From an uncultured Candidatus Rokubacteria bacterium (GTDB lineage Bacteria; Methylomirabilota; Methylomirabilia; Rokubacteriales; CSP1-6), in the NCBI GenBank assembly GCA_963771355.1, contig CAVYTA010000006.1:1248001-1312000 (forward strand): a stretch of DNA of 64,000 bases. The letters are read 5' to 3'. The notes under the pieces are model-generated. The model did not search any database. It was not told the DNA's origin and saw only the letters and a list, made by a program, of their open reading frames with translations. Of this stretch, positions 11,590 to 20,919 are shown in pieces. Both the position numbers and the translations under genes were made by a program. How positions within the stretch are numbered: the stretch's first letter is position 1; each line of letters begins with the position of its first letter.

Positions 11590-12372
11590 ATGGCGGGGTC
11601 CCGGCTGGCCGGAAAGGTCGCGATCGTGACGGGCGCGGGCTCGCGCGCGGAGGGCATCGGCAATGGCCGGGCCGCTGCCGTGCTCTTCGCCCGCGAGGGC
11701 GCGCGCGTGCTCTGCGCGGACCGGAGCGGAGCGGCCGCGGAGGCCACGCGCGCCATGATCGCGTCCGAGGGCGGCCAGGCGGCCGTGCTGGAGGTGGACG
11801 TCACGCGGACCGAGGACTGCCGGGCCATGGTGGAGGAGACCCTGCGCCGCTGGGGGCGCCTCGACGTGCTCGACAACAACGTGGGCATCGGCGGCCGCGC
11901 CACCGTGGTGGAGGTGGACGAGGCGGACTGGGATCACCTCATGCGGGTGAACGTGACCAGCATGATGCTCACGTGCAAGCACGCCATTCCCGCCATGGCC
12001 CGCAGCGGCGGCGGCTCCATCATCAACATCTCGTCCATCTCGGCCCTGCGGCCGCGGGGCCTCACCCCCTACACCGTCTCCAAGGGCGCGGTCATCGCGC
12101 TCACCCGCGCCATGGCCATCGACCACGCCGCCCAGGGGGTCCGGGTCAACTGCATCGCCCCCGGGCCCGTCTACACTCCCATGGTCTTCGGGGACGGCAT
12201 GTCCGCCGAGCTGCGAGAGCGCCGGCGCCAGGCCTCTCCGCTGGGGATCGAGGGGACGGGCTGGGACATCGGGAATGCGGCCCTCTTCCTGGCCTCGGAC
12301 GAGGCCCGCTACATCACCGGCGTGGTGCTGCCCGTCGACGGCGGCGTCACGCTGACGAGCGCCTCGCGCTAG
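11590..12372 (+). CDS. SDR family oxidoreductase
   Basis: TGAGSRAEGIGNG, NNVG, YTVSK. Confidence 0.92.
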   Translation: MAGSRLAGKVAIVTGAGSRAEGIGNGRAAAVLFAREGARVLCADRSGAAAEATRAMIASEGGQAAVLEVDVTRTEDCRAMVEETLRRWGRLDVLDNNVGIGGRATVVEVDEADWDHLMRVNVTSMMLTCKHAIPAMARSGGGSIINISSISALRPRGLTPYTVSKGAVIALTRAMAIDHAAQGVRVNCIAPGPVYTPMVFGDGMSAELRERRRQASPLGIEGTGWDIGNAALFLASDEARYITGVVLPVDGGVTLTSASR

Positions 12373-12396
12373 CGCGCTCGCGGCGACGCGTCGCGA

Positions 12397-13173
12397 TCAG
12401 ACGAAGACGGCCGGCGCCTGCGGGGTGGCCGCCCACTGCGCGGGGTCGTGGCCGAAGAAGACGCGCGCGCCCTGCGCGTCGCGCAGCTGGCGCAGCGAGC
12501 CGAGCGAGCGGGACATCTCGGCGGTGTCCCAGACGATGGTCGGCAGGATGTCGCGATCCATGTTCTCCTGCGTGTAGCAGGCGTCGGCGGTGAGCGCCAC
12601 CGTGGCGCCCTTGCCCAGGCGCAGCACCAGGGACTGATGCCCCGGGGTATGGCCGAAGGTGGGAACCAGGAGCACGCTCCCGTCCCCGAACACGTCGTGC
12701 TCCCCCTCCACCGTCCGGTAGGACACGGGCACGTTCCAGTCCAGCTCGCTCGGCTTGTAGCGGCCGGTGGCCAGAACCTCGGGCGACCGTGCCGCGTCCA
12801 GCTCGGCCTTCTGGACGAGGACCGTGGCGTGCGGGAAGAGCGCATTCCCACCGCAGTGGTCGAAGTGCAGGTGCGAGTTCGCCACCAGGGTGATGTCGGC
12901 GGGCGTCAGCCCCACCCGGGCGAGCCCGCTCGCCACGTCGTCGCCGGGCCTCGAGCGGATCCCGAGCCGCTTGGCGCGCTCAGGCCCCAGGCGGCCCACG
13001 GGGTCGGTGATGGAGGCGGGATGGACCCCCGTGTCGAAGAGGAAGCGCCCCTTCGGGTGGACGATGAGGAAGCACGGCACCGGCACTGTCCAGCGTTGCA
13101 CCGGCCCGTCGGGGATCATCTCGTGGCGTCCGAGATCGATGTAGCCGCCGCAGAGCGTGTAGACGGTGAGCAT
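12397..13173 (-). CDS. N-acyl homoserine lactonase-like metallo-beta-lactamase fold hydrolase
   Basis: SHLHFDHCGG, GHTPGHQ, ADACY, GHD. Confidence 0.88.
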   Translation of the reverse strand: MLTVYTLCGGYIDLGRHEMIPDGPVQRWTVPVPCFLIVHPKGRFLFDTGVHPASITDPVGRLGPERAKRLGIRSRPGDDVASGLARVGLTPADITLVANSHLHFDHCGGNALFPHATVLVQKAELDAARSPEVLATGRYKPSELDWNVPVSYRTVEGEHDVFGDGSVLLVPTFGHTPGHQSLVLRLGKGATVALTADACYTQENMDRDILPTIVWDTAEMSRSLGSLRQLRDAQGARVFFGHDPAQWAATPQAPAVFV

Positions 13174-13183
13174 GGCGGCCGCG

Positions 13184-14146
13184 CTACTGTAGCTCGGGAA
13201 TGACCCAGAGGGGCCGCCCGCCGCCGGCCACGCGCTGGATATTGTCGAAGCCGTTGCGGAAGCGCGAGACCCAGTTCTCCCAGGTCGGCCCCGCGCTGTG
13301 CGGGGTGAAGGTGACGGTGGGCAGCCCGAAGAGCGGATGGTCCTTCGCCGGCGGCTCCTCCACCAGCACGTCGAGCCCCGCCCCCGCCAGTCGCCCCGAT
13401 TCCAGCGCCTTCTGCAGCGCGGGCTCGTCCACCACCGGGCCCCGGCAGGTATTGATGAGCACCGCGCCCGGCTTCATCAGCCCGAGCTCGCGCGCGCCGA
13501 TCAGGTGCCGCGTGCGATCGTCGAGCGGCACGTGGAGGCTCACGACATCGGACCCGCGCAGCAGCTCGTCCAGGAGGACGAAGCGTACGCCCAGCGCGTC
13601 CTCCTCGTGCTCGGTGAGGCGCCGCACGTCGTAGTAGACGACGCGCGCATCGAAGGCGGCCACCCGGCGCGCCACCTTCTTGCCGATATTGCCGAGCCCC
13701 ACGATGCCGAACGTGCGCCCCGACAGCTCGTGCACCCGCGCCTCGGCGAGGTCGGTGGCCCGCCAGCGGCCCGCCACCACGTCGATGTGCAGCCGCACCA
13801 GCCGCTTCAGCACGGCCAGGGTCAGCATCAGCGTGTGCTCGGCCACCGCGGTGGCATTGGCCCCGCCGTTGTTGGACACGGGCACCGCGGCCTTGCGGGC
13901 CGCCTCCACGTCCACGTGGTCATAGCCCGCGCTGAGGAGCTGCACCAGCTGGAGCTTGGGGGCGGCGCGGAAGAACTCCCCGCCCATTCGCCGCGCCAGC
14001 CCGAGGTAGAAGTCCGCGTCCGCCGCGGCGGCATAGAACTCCGGGGTGCCCGGCTCGGCGATCACCAGCTCGAACCCGGCCGGGGTCATCGAGCGGGCGA
14101 TCTCGAGGATCACGTCGGACTGGCGGGGCGCGAAGAGGATCTTCAC
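13184..14146 (-). CDS. D-isomer specific 2-hydroxyacid dehydrogenase
   Basis: AVAEH, GIVGLGNIG, INTCRG, LDV..EP, TPHSAG; start GTG at 14146. Confidence 0.9.
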   Translation of the reverse strand: MKILFAPRQSDVILEIARSMTPAGFELVIAEPGTPEFYAAAADADFYLGLARRMGGEFFRAAPKLQLVQLLSAGYDHVDVEAARKAAVPVSNNGGANATAVAEHTLMLTLAVLKRLVRLHIDVVAGRWRATDLAEARVHELSGRTFGIVGLGNIGKKVARRVAAFDARVVYYDVRRLTEHEEDALGVRFVLLDELLRGSDVVSLHVPLDDRTRHLIGARELGLMKPGAVLINTCRGPVVDEPALQKALESGRLAGAGLDVLVEEPPAKDHPLFGLPTVTFTPHSAGPTWENWVSRFRNGFDNIQRVAGGGRPLWVIPELQ

Positions 14147-14484
14147 TGCTGCGCCAGCGGCACGGTGGCGGTCACGCAGGGCTGGGCGCCGTGCACCCGC
14201 GTGGTATGCCCCTTGCCCGTGGTGTCCTCGACCAGCCGCGCGTCTCCGGCGCCGAACACCTGCTTCGTCCCGTCCCCCAGACCGATCTCGAGCTGGCCCG
14301 ACAGGATGATGACGAACTGCCGGCGCGGCGCCGGATGCCAGTCGATGAAATGCCCCACCGGATCGGTGCGGAAGGAGATTCGCGTGGTGGCGAGGCCCGT
14401 GGTCCAGTCGGGCGTCTTCGCCAGATCGATGGTTTCGAAATGCGACTGCCCGTCGGACCCGGTGTAGAGACGAAACGTTCCCAT
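14143..14484 (-). CDS. cupin-like protein
   Basis: MGTFRLYTGSDGQSHFE, WHPAPRRQFVIILSG, EDTTGKGH. Confidence 0.8.
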   Translation of the reverse strand: MGTFRLYTGSDGQSHFETIDLAKTPDWTTGLATTRISFRTDPVGHFIDWHPAPRRQFVIILSGQLEIGLGDGTKQVFGAGDARLVEDTTGKGHTTRVHGAQPCVTATVPLAQQ

Positions 14485-14540
14485 GGCGTCCTCCCCGGGG
14501 GATGCTAGCACAGCCCGCCCGCCGCCTAGCCACCCCCCGC

Positions 14541-15668
14541 CTATTCACCCATGGCCAGCGCCGCGCGCGAGATCGGGACCGCGCCGCCCCCGCGCTGGAG
14601 CCAGTCGGACTCCCGGAAGGCCTCGCTGATCCGCTCCAGCGGGAACACGTGCGAGATCACGCGCTCGAAGGGGAAGCGGCCCCGCGTGCGCTCGAGAAAG
14701 GCCAGCGCCTCCCCCAGGGCCCACGGCGAGTAGTTGGACACGCCGACCAGCCGCACTCCGCCGCGCACGAGCGCGGTGGCGTCGTACGAGAAGACATTGC
14801 CCGGCGAGATGCTGCCGACTTCCAGATAGGTGCCCCCGCCGCGCAGCATGCGCAGGCCCTCCGGCACCACCTGCGGATAGCCGACGAAGTCCGCCACCAC
14901 GTCGGCACCGAAGCCGCCGGTGAGGTCCATCACCGCCTGGATGCGCCGCTCCGGCGTGTCGAGCTCCCGCAGCGAGAGCGTGTGATCCGCGCCGAAGTCC
15001 CGCGCGAGCGCCAGCCGCTCCGGGACGCCGTCGACCACCAGTACCTGGTCCGCCCCCATGTCGCGGGCCACCGCCACCGCGTTGATGCCGAGCCCGCCCG
15101 CCCCCTGCACCACCACCGTGTGGCCGAAGCGGAGCCCGGCGCGCTTGAACCCGTAGATGACCTGGGCGAGCGCGCAGTTGGCCGGCGTCGCCATCACGTC
15201 CGGGATCTCCTCCGGCAGCCGGAAGATGAAGTGGCCGGGACGGAGGTAGTAGTAGTCGCCGTAGGCATTGTTGAAGTAGGGCGGGGTGCCCGCCACGCGA
15301 TTGGCCCGACCCTTCCGCGGGCAGGCGCCCATCTCGTCCTGGAGGCAGACGGGACAGCGCCCGCAGGGAAAGAAGTAGCAGTACGTCACGCGATCGCCCT
15401 CGCGCAGCGGCGCGCCCAGCGAGTCCGTGGTCACTCCCGCCCCCAGCCGCTCCACCCGCCCGCACATCTCGTGGCCGAAGGTGAGGTCCTTCGGCGTCTC
15501 GCCGTAGAGTCCCTTCATCTCGCCGCGCCAGATGTGCAGATCCGAGCCGCAGATGCCGGCATGGGTGAGCCGCACCAGCACCGCGCCCGGCTCCGGGTCC
15601 GGCACCGGGTACTCGCGCAGGTCGAAGTCGCCGCCGTACTTCTGGAGCACCGCCACGCGTCCCTTCAT
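14541..15668 (-). CDS. zinc-dependent alcohol dehydrogenase (MDR family)
   Basis: GICGSDLH, GHE, CGRCPVC..C, GAGGLG. Confidence 0.92.
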   Translation of the reverse strand: MKGRVAVLQKYGGDFDLREYPVPDPEPGAVLVRLTHAGICGSDLHIWRGEMKGLYGETPKDLTFGHEMCGRVERLGAGVTTDSLGAPLREGDRVTYCYFFPCGRCPVCLQDEMGACPRKGRANRVAGTPPYFNNAYGDYYYLRPGHFIFRLPEEIPDVMATPANCALAQVIYGFKRAGLRFGHTVVVQGAGGLGINAVAVARDMGADQVLVVDGVPERLALARDFGADHTLSLRELDTPERRIQAVMDLTGGFGADVVADFVGYPQVVPEGLRMLRGGGTYLEVGSISPGNVFSYDATALVRGGVRLVGVSNYSPWALGEALAFLERTRGRFPFERVISHVFPLERISEAFRESDWLQRGGGAVPISRAALAMGE

Positions 15669-15695
15669 CTCCGTCTCCTTGTCCTGGACTCTGCG

Positions 15696-16706
15696 TCAGA
15701 GGATCTTCGCCATGACTTGCTCGGCGAAGAGCGTGAAGATGTGCTCGCGCGCCGCGAAGCCCTCGCCGGGCACCTGCGGCAGCAGGATGATGCGCCCGAT
15801 CTCCGGCACCGTCATCACCCGCCGCACCCCCTCGCGCACCTCGTCCGGATTGCCGGCGAGCGCCATCAGGTCCACCAAGTGGTCGGGCACGAGCTCGCGG
15901 TGCCGCGAGGCGGCGGTGGCGTGCTGGAAGGCGTCGTATTCCCGCCGCAGCCGCTCCACCGCCGGCCGGTCCTCCTCGCGGAACGGTACCGGCAGCGGAT
16001 GGCGCAGCGCGGAGGCCACGCGCCCGCGCGCGTGGTCGCGTGCCACCGTGCGGTCGGAGCCGATCGACATCGGCGCCCAGATGGCGAGGTCGAGATCGGC
16101 CAGCGTCTTGCCCGCCTCGCGCGCCCCCTGGGCCACGAAGCCGAGGCCCGCCCGCAGGATGTCGGGATCCACGCTGGAGTACATGATGACGCCGTCGCCC
16201 ACCCGGCCCGCGGCGGCGAGCATGCGGGGGCCCGAGCCGGCCGCGTAGACCGGAATGTCGCGCGGACGCTCGAGCCACGCCAGCCGCGCATCGGTGCCCC
16301 GCTCGAGGCGGATCGACTCGCCCTTCGTGAGGCGACGGAGCGACGTGGCCATGGACTCGAGCGTCGCCGTGCGCGCGGTCTCGGCGAGGGTGAGCCCCAT
16401 GGTCTGGGCCGCGCTTCCGCCGGTCCCCACGCCGACCACGGTACGGCCCGGGATCAGCTCGTCCAGGCTCGCGATGGCGCTGGCGGTCACGGAGATGTGC
16501 CGCGTGTGCGGGACGGTGATGCCGGGCCCGAGCCGGACGCGCGAGGTGCCGAGCGCGCACGCGGTGAGGGTGACCCAGAGCTCGCGGCACACGAGGTGGG
16601 TGTCGGTGATCCACACCGTGTCATAGCCGAGCGACTCGGCAAGCTGCGCCTGCTTCACGATGGTGGCCACCGGCTGGCTGCCGAGAATCCCCACGTCGAA
16701 CTTCAT
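15696..16706 (-). CDS. LLM class flavin-dependent oxidoreductase (Mer-like)
   Basis: AESLGYDTVWITD, GPGITVPHTRH, PVYAAGSGPRML. Confidence 0.88.
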   Translation of the reverse strand: MKFDVGILGSQPVATIVKQAQLAESLGYDTVWITDTHLVCRELWVTLTACALGTSRVRLGPGITVPHTRHISVTASAIASLDELIPGRTVVGVGTGGSAAQTMGLTLAETARTATLESMATSLRRLTKGESIRLERGTDARLAWLERPRDIPVYAAGSGPRMLAAAGRVGDGVIMYSSVDPDILRAGLGFVAQGAREAGKTLADLDLAIWAPMSIGSDRTVARDHARGRVASALRHPLPVPFREEDRPAVERLRREYDAFQHATAASRHRELVPDHLVDLMALAGNPDEVREGVRRVMTVPEIGRIILLPQVPGEGFAAREHIFTLFAEQVMAKIL

Positions 16707-16723
16707 GCTAGCCTGGACCCTCC

Positions 16724-17758
16724 ATGTCGCCCGTCGTCGTCCTCCTCAGCCCGACCCCTCTCGACTCGCCGCGCGGAAACGCCGTCACCGTAGCACGGAT
16801 CGCCCGCGGCCTGCGGGCCCGCGGCGTGGAGGCGCACGTGTGGCACGCGCCCGACGCCGCGGCTGCCGCCGCGCTCGAGTCGGAGGCGGCTCGAATGCGC
16901 CCGGCCCTGGTGCACGCCTTCCACGCCCGGCACGCCGGACCGCTCGGACGGACGCTGGCGGCGGCCGCGGGCGCCCCGCTGGTGATCACGCTCACCGGCA
17001 CGGACGTCAGCGAGGATCTCCGGCATCCCGCGCACGGGCCCGTGGTCCGCGAGACGCTGCGCGCCGCCGCGGGCGTGACCGCGTTCCACACGAGCGTGGT
17101 GGGCGCGCTGGGCGCCGACGGGCCCGCGCTGGGGGACCGGCTCGCCGTGGTGCCGCAGAGCGTGAGCTTCGAGCCGTCGGGCGCAGCCACCCCGCCGCCG
17201 ATCTCCGGCGATCCGTGCCTCCTCTTCCCGGCCGGGATCCGCGCCGTGAAGCGGCCCGGACTGCCGCTGTCCGCGCTGGAGGGACTCGCGCGGCGCCGGC
17301 CGGCCGCGCGGCTCTGGTACGCCGGCCCCGTGCTCGAGCCGGCGGAGCACGCGCGGCTCGTCGCCGGCCTCGCCGGTCGTCCCTGGGCGCGCCAGCTCGG
17401 CGCGGTACCCCACGCCGCGATGCCGGCGCTGCTCGCCACGGCGGACATCGTGCTCAACTGCTCGCGCTCCGAGGGCGGCATGGCCAATGCCGTGCTCGAG
17501 GCGCTCGCCCTCGGTCGTGCCGTGCTCGCCTCGGACATCCCGGGCAACCGCTCCCTCATCGAGCCCGGCGTCACGGGCCTCCTCTTCCACGGGGAGACGG
17601 AGCTGGCGGAGGGCGCCGAGCGGCTCGCCGCCGATCCCGCGCTCCGGAGCCGCCTCGGCGAGGCGGGACGCCGGCTGGTGGCGGAGCGCTTCACGCCCGC
17701 CGTCGAGGCCGAGGGGTATCTGGCGATCTACGCGCGGGTCTGGGCCGATGGGCGCTGA
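16724..17758 (+). CDS. GT4/GT-B glycosyltransferase, SenB/GLT1D1-like
   Basis: RGNAVTVARI, HAFHARHAG, ITLTGTDV, GIRAVKRP, SRSEGGMANAVLEA, SDIPGN. Confidence 0.85.
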   Translation: MSPVVVLLSPTPLDSPRGNAVTVARIARGLRARGVEAHVWHAPDAAAAAALESEAARMRPALVHAFHARHAGPLGRTLAAAAGAPLVITLTGTDVSEDLRHPAHGPVVRETLRAAAGVTAFHTSVVGALGADGPALGDRLAVVPQSVSFEPSGAATPPPISGDPCLLFPAGIRAVKRPGLPLSALEGLARRRPAARLWYAGPVLEPAEHARLVAGLAGRPWARQLGAVPHAAMPALLATADIVLNCSRSEGGMANAVLEALALGRAVLASDIPGNRSLIEPGVTGLLFHGETELAEGAERLAADPALRSRLGEAGRRLVAERFTPAVEAEGYLAIYARVWADGR

Positions 17759-18458
17759 GGCGCGCGACGACGGACGGCTCCTCTTCCTCTACGGCGGCTG
17801 CACCTTCCAGCTCGACGCCGGGGTGCAGGCGCCCAAGGCGGGCTCGCTCCTCTTCTGCCGCCATCTCGGCGCCCGCGCCGGCGAGCGCGTGCTCGAGCTC
17901 GGCTCGGGCGCGGGACTGGCCGCCGTGCTGGCCGCACGTGCGGGTGCGCATGTCGTCGCCACCGACATCCGCCCGGAGGCGGTGGCCTGCACGCGCGACA
18001 ATGCCGCCCGCAACGGCGTGCGCGTGGACGCGCGCGAGGGCGACGGCTTCGCGCCGGTGCGGGGGATGCGCTTCGACCTCATCGCGACGAGCCCGCCCCA
18101 GATGCCGACCCCGCCCGGCTTCGAGCGCGACGACGCCGAGGCCGCCGCCGACAACGGCGGGCCCGACGGCTGGGCGCTGCTCGAGCGGGTGATCCTCGAG
18201 TGCCCCGCGTATCTCACCCCCGGGGGGCGGCTCGTGTTCACGCTCTTCGACTTCCTCGGCATCGAGCGCGCGCGGCACCGCCTGCGCGCGGCCGGGCTCG
18301 AGCCCGCGGTGCTCGCGCGCGAGGCGCAGCCCTTTCCCCGCCTCGGCCACGAGCGGCTCGACTATCTGCGCGGCCTCGACGTGGAGGGCACCATTCCCCG
18401 TGACGCGCGTCCCCGCACCGTCGAGCGCTACGTCCTCGAGGGGCGCCGGCCGGCATGA
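17748..18458 (+). CDS. class I SAM-dependent methyltransferase (HemK-like)
   Basis: VLELGSGAG, ATDI, SPPQMP (NPPY-like), GGPDG; ATG at 17748 overlaps the end of the GT. Confidence 0.85.
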   Translation: MGAEARDDGRLLFLYGGCTFQLDAGVQAPKAGSLLFCRHLGARAGERVLELGSGAGLAAVLAARAGAHVVATDIRPEAVACTRDNAARNGVRVDAREGDGFAPVRGMRFDLIATSPPQMPTPPGFERDDAEAAADNGGPDGWALLERVILECPAYLTPGGRLVFTLFDFLGIERARHRLRAAGLEPAVLAREAQPFPRLGHERLDYLRGLDVEGTIPRDARPRTVERYVLEGRRPA

Positions 18459-19393
18459 CGGCGCGTGCCTTCCTCGGCATCGACGTGGGCGGCACCACCA
18501 CCTCGGCGGGACTGGTGACGGCTCAGGGCCGCGTCGTGGCCGGCCGCCGCCGCCCCACCCATGGACCGGCCGGCGGCGACGCGGTGCCGCGACTCCTCGC
18601 GCTGGCCACGGAGGTCGCGGGGCTGGCGCGGCCGCGCGGGTACCGGCTCGCCGGCGTCGGCGCGGGCGTGCCCGGCATCGTCGACGGCGCCACCGGCGTC
18701 GTCGGCGGCGAGGCGCACAATGTGCCCGAGCTCGGCGGCGTGCCGCTGGCGCGCCTCCTCACCCGCGCGCTCGGCGTGCCCGCCGCGGTGGACAATGACG
18801 TGAACGCCCTCGCGCTCGGCGAGTGGATGTGGGGGGCGGGGCGCGGCGCGCGCTCCCTCGTGCTGCTCGCGCTCGGGACGGGGGTGGGCGGCGGCATCGT
18901 GCTCGACGGGCGGCTCTACCGCGGGGCCGCCGGCTTCGGCGGCGAGCTGGGCCATGTCCCGGTGGAGCTCCACGGCCGGCCCTGCGTGTGCGGGGCGCGG
19001 GGCTGCCTCAAGGCCTACGTCGCCGGGCCCGATCTCTCCGCGGAGGCCTCGCGGCGGCTCGGCCGCCCCGTGGATGCGGCGGAGCTCTTCCGCCTGGCCG
19101 CGGGCGGCGACGCGACGGCGGCGGCCGTCGTCGACCAGGCGCTGGAGGCGCTCGCCGCCGGCCTCACCATCATCGTCAACGGGCTCAATCCGGAGCGGCT
19201 GCTGCTGGCCGGCGGCATCGCCCGCGCGCTCGCCCCTCGCGCCGCCGAGCTCCGCGCGCGGCTCGCCCGCCGTGCGTATGCCGGCGCGCTCGCCACCACC
19301 TCCCTCCGCTTTCTCGGCCTCGACAAGCGCACCACGGTGCGGGGCGGCGCCGCGCTGGCGCGCCAGGCGGCAATCGCGCGCGCTCACGCCTGA
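18455..19393 (+). CDS. ROK family sugar kinase
   Basis: GIDVGGT, DNDVNALALGE, GTGVGGG, GELGH, CVCGARGCL; ATGA overlap. Confidence 0.92.
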   Translation: MTARAFLGIDVGGTTTSAGLVTAQGRVVAGRRRPTHGPAGGDAVPRLLALATEVAGLARPRGYRLAGVGAGVPGIVDGATGVVGGEAHNVPELGGVPLARLLTRALGVPAAVDNDVNALALGEWMWGAGRGARSLVLLALGTGVGGGIVLDGRLYRGAAGFGGELGHVPVELHGRPCVCGARGCLKAYVAGPDLSAEASRRLGRPVDAAELFRLAAGGDATAAAVVDQALEALAAGLTIIVNGLNPERLLLAGGIARALAPRAAELRARLARRAYAGALATTSLRFLGLDKRTTVRGGAALARQAAIARAHA

Positions 19394-19454
19394 CCGCGCG
19401 CTTGCGCGCCGGCGCCGCCTTGTGCGAGCATCCCGTCCAACGGGAGGAAGCTCC

Positions 19455-20300
19455 ATGGGCCAGATTGTGTTTGCCGGCGCGATGTCGCATGTCCTCGACC
19501 CCGACTACTACGACCGCGCCTGTGGAGCGGCCGGCCGCCAGAAGGTCACGGAGTGCATGGCGGAGATCGCGCGCATGGGCGAGCGCCTCACCGCGGCGCA
19601 ACCGGATGCTCTCATCGTGGTGGCCGACGACCATCTCAACGCCTTCTCGTTCAACGCGGTGCCGGCCATCTGCGTGCGCATCGGGCGAGACGTGCAGCGC
19701 ATGGTGCAGGACCACGCCGAAGCCTTCGACAAGGTGCTCGACCACATGCCGGAGCGGTATCCGCTCCACGAGGGCCTCGCCAACGAGATCCTGGAGCGGG
19801 GGATGGCGGCCGACTTCGACCTTGCGTTGTCGTGGGAGGCGCCGGTGGACCATGCCTTCCTGAGCCCGGTCAATACCATGCACGGCACCCGCCCCATCCC
19901 GCCCCTGGTGCCCATCTGGGTGAACTCCTTCGTCGCGCCCCAGCCCACCGCGCGGCGCTGCTTCGCGTTCGGGCGGCACATCGCAAAGGTCGTCGCCGCC
20001 GCGCCCTGGCGGGTGGGCATCATCGCCACCGGCGGGCTCTCGCATTTCCCGGAGCTGTCGCTGCCGCGCGTGGGCGAGACCGACACCGTGTTCGACCGGC
20101 GGCTCATCCACTGGATGGAGGCGGGCGAGCACGAGCCGCTGCAGGCGCTCACCGCGGACGAGCTGCACAAGGCCGGGGAGCACGAGTTCCTCAACTGGAT
20201 GGTCCTGCTCGGCGCCGTCTCCCCTGCCCGCGCCGCCGTGCGCTACTTCGGCGAGCTGCCGCGCATCAACCTCGCCGCGGTGGAGTGGAGCCTCGCGTGA
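19455..20300 (+). CDS. LigB-like extradiol ring-cleavage dioxygenase, catalytic subunit
   Basis: AMSH, ADDH, VDHAF, TGGLSH, HEFLNW; GGAGG SD. Confidence 0.85.
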   Translation: MGQIVFAGAMSHVLDPDYYDRACGAAGRQKVTECMAEIARMGERLTAAQPDALIVVADDHLNAFSFNAVPAICVRIGRDVQRMVQDHAEAFDKVLDHMPERYPLHEGLANEILERGMAADFDLALSWEAPVDHAFLSPVNTMHGTRPIPPLVPIWVNSFVAPQPTARRCFAFGRHIAKVVAAAPWRVGIIATGGLSHFPELSLPRVGETDTVFDRRLIHWMEAGEHEPLQALTADELHKAGEHEFLNWMVLLGAVSPARAAVRYFGELPRINLAAVEWSLA

Positions 20301-20512
20301 GCCGCTACGCGGTCAATAGCCTGCTCTACCGCCTGAAGAAGGACCCGGAGTACCGGGCGCGCTTCCTGGCGGACGCTCCTTCCGCGCTCGCCGGGCTGGA
20401 CCTCACCGAGGCCGAGCGCGCCGCCTTCGTCGCGCGTGACATGCGGCGGATCAACGAGCTGGGTGGGTATCTCCATCTCGTCATGTCCGTGCCCGGCCTC
20501 GCCGCTCACTGA
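20297..20512 (+). CDS. LigA-like dioxygenase small subunit
   Basis: VSRYAVNSLLYRLKKDPEYRARFLAD..LDLTEAERAAF; GTGA overlap with the LigB-like gene. Confidence 0.75.
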   Translation: MSRYAVNSLLYRLKKDPEYRARFLADAPSALAGLDLTEAERAAFVARDMRRINELGGYLHLVMSVPGLAAH

Positions 20513-20651
20513 CTGACTGCCCAGCCCGCTGTGCAACGGGCGGTCACCCCGTGTGCCACATTGCGTAAATCGCAGGCGTTTTTCCGTCAACTGTGGCGGC
20601 TCGAGTACCCGATATCGTTGAAATATCGGATGTCACGCATCGCGTCAGCAC

Positions 20652-20667
20652 TGGCACGGATCTGGCT
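20652..20667 (+). promoter_or_regulatory. sigma54-type promoter
   Basis: TGGCACGGATCTGGCT (GG-N10-GC), preceded by inverted repeats at 20555-20597 and 20609-20629. Confidence 0.6.
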
Positions 20668-20693
20668 TCTCCTGAGGGGCAAAGGAGATTGCC

Positions 20694-20918
20694 ATGATCG
20701 GAATCGAGACGGTGGGGCTCTTGCTGATGGGCGGGATGTACGCGGGGCTGGTGGTATCTCAGATCTCGGGGGCCGGCCCCCGGCCGGCGTCCAGCGATCC
20801 GGCCGAGAGCGCGCCGCTGCCCGCGCGCAGCCCGGTGGTGGGCGGCGACTTCGTGGACCCGACGGAGACCGACCGCCGGATGCAGGTCGAGCAGGCGCGC
20901 TGGCGGCTGCTCTGCTAG
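20694..20918 (+). CDS. small hypothetical membrane/secreted protein (74 aa)
   Basis: AAAGGAG SD; hydrophobic N-terminus. Confidence 0.6.
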   Translation: MIGIETVGLLLMGGMYAGLVVSQISGAGPRPASSDPAESAPLPARSPVVGGDFVDPTETDRRMQVEQARWRLLC

Positions 20919-20919
20919 C

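Noticed and set aside
14502..16793. Long antisense or alternate-frame ORFs (also 25-1539, 47157-49190, 48409-50778, 60835-62778)
   Set aside because: They overlap well-supported genes and show no recognisable family motifs, as expected for shadow ORFs in high-GC DNA.
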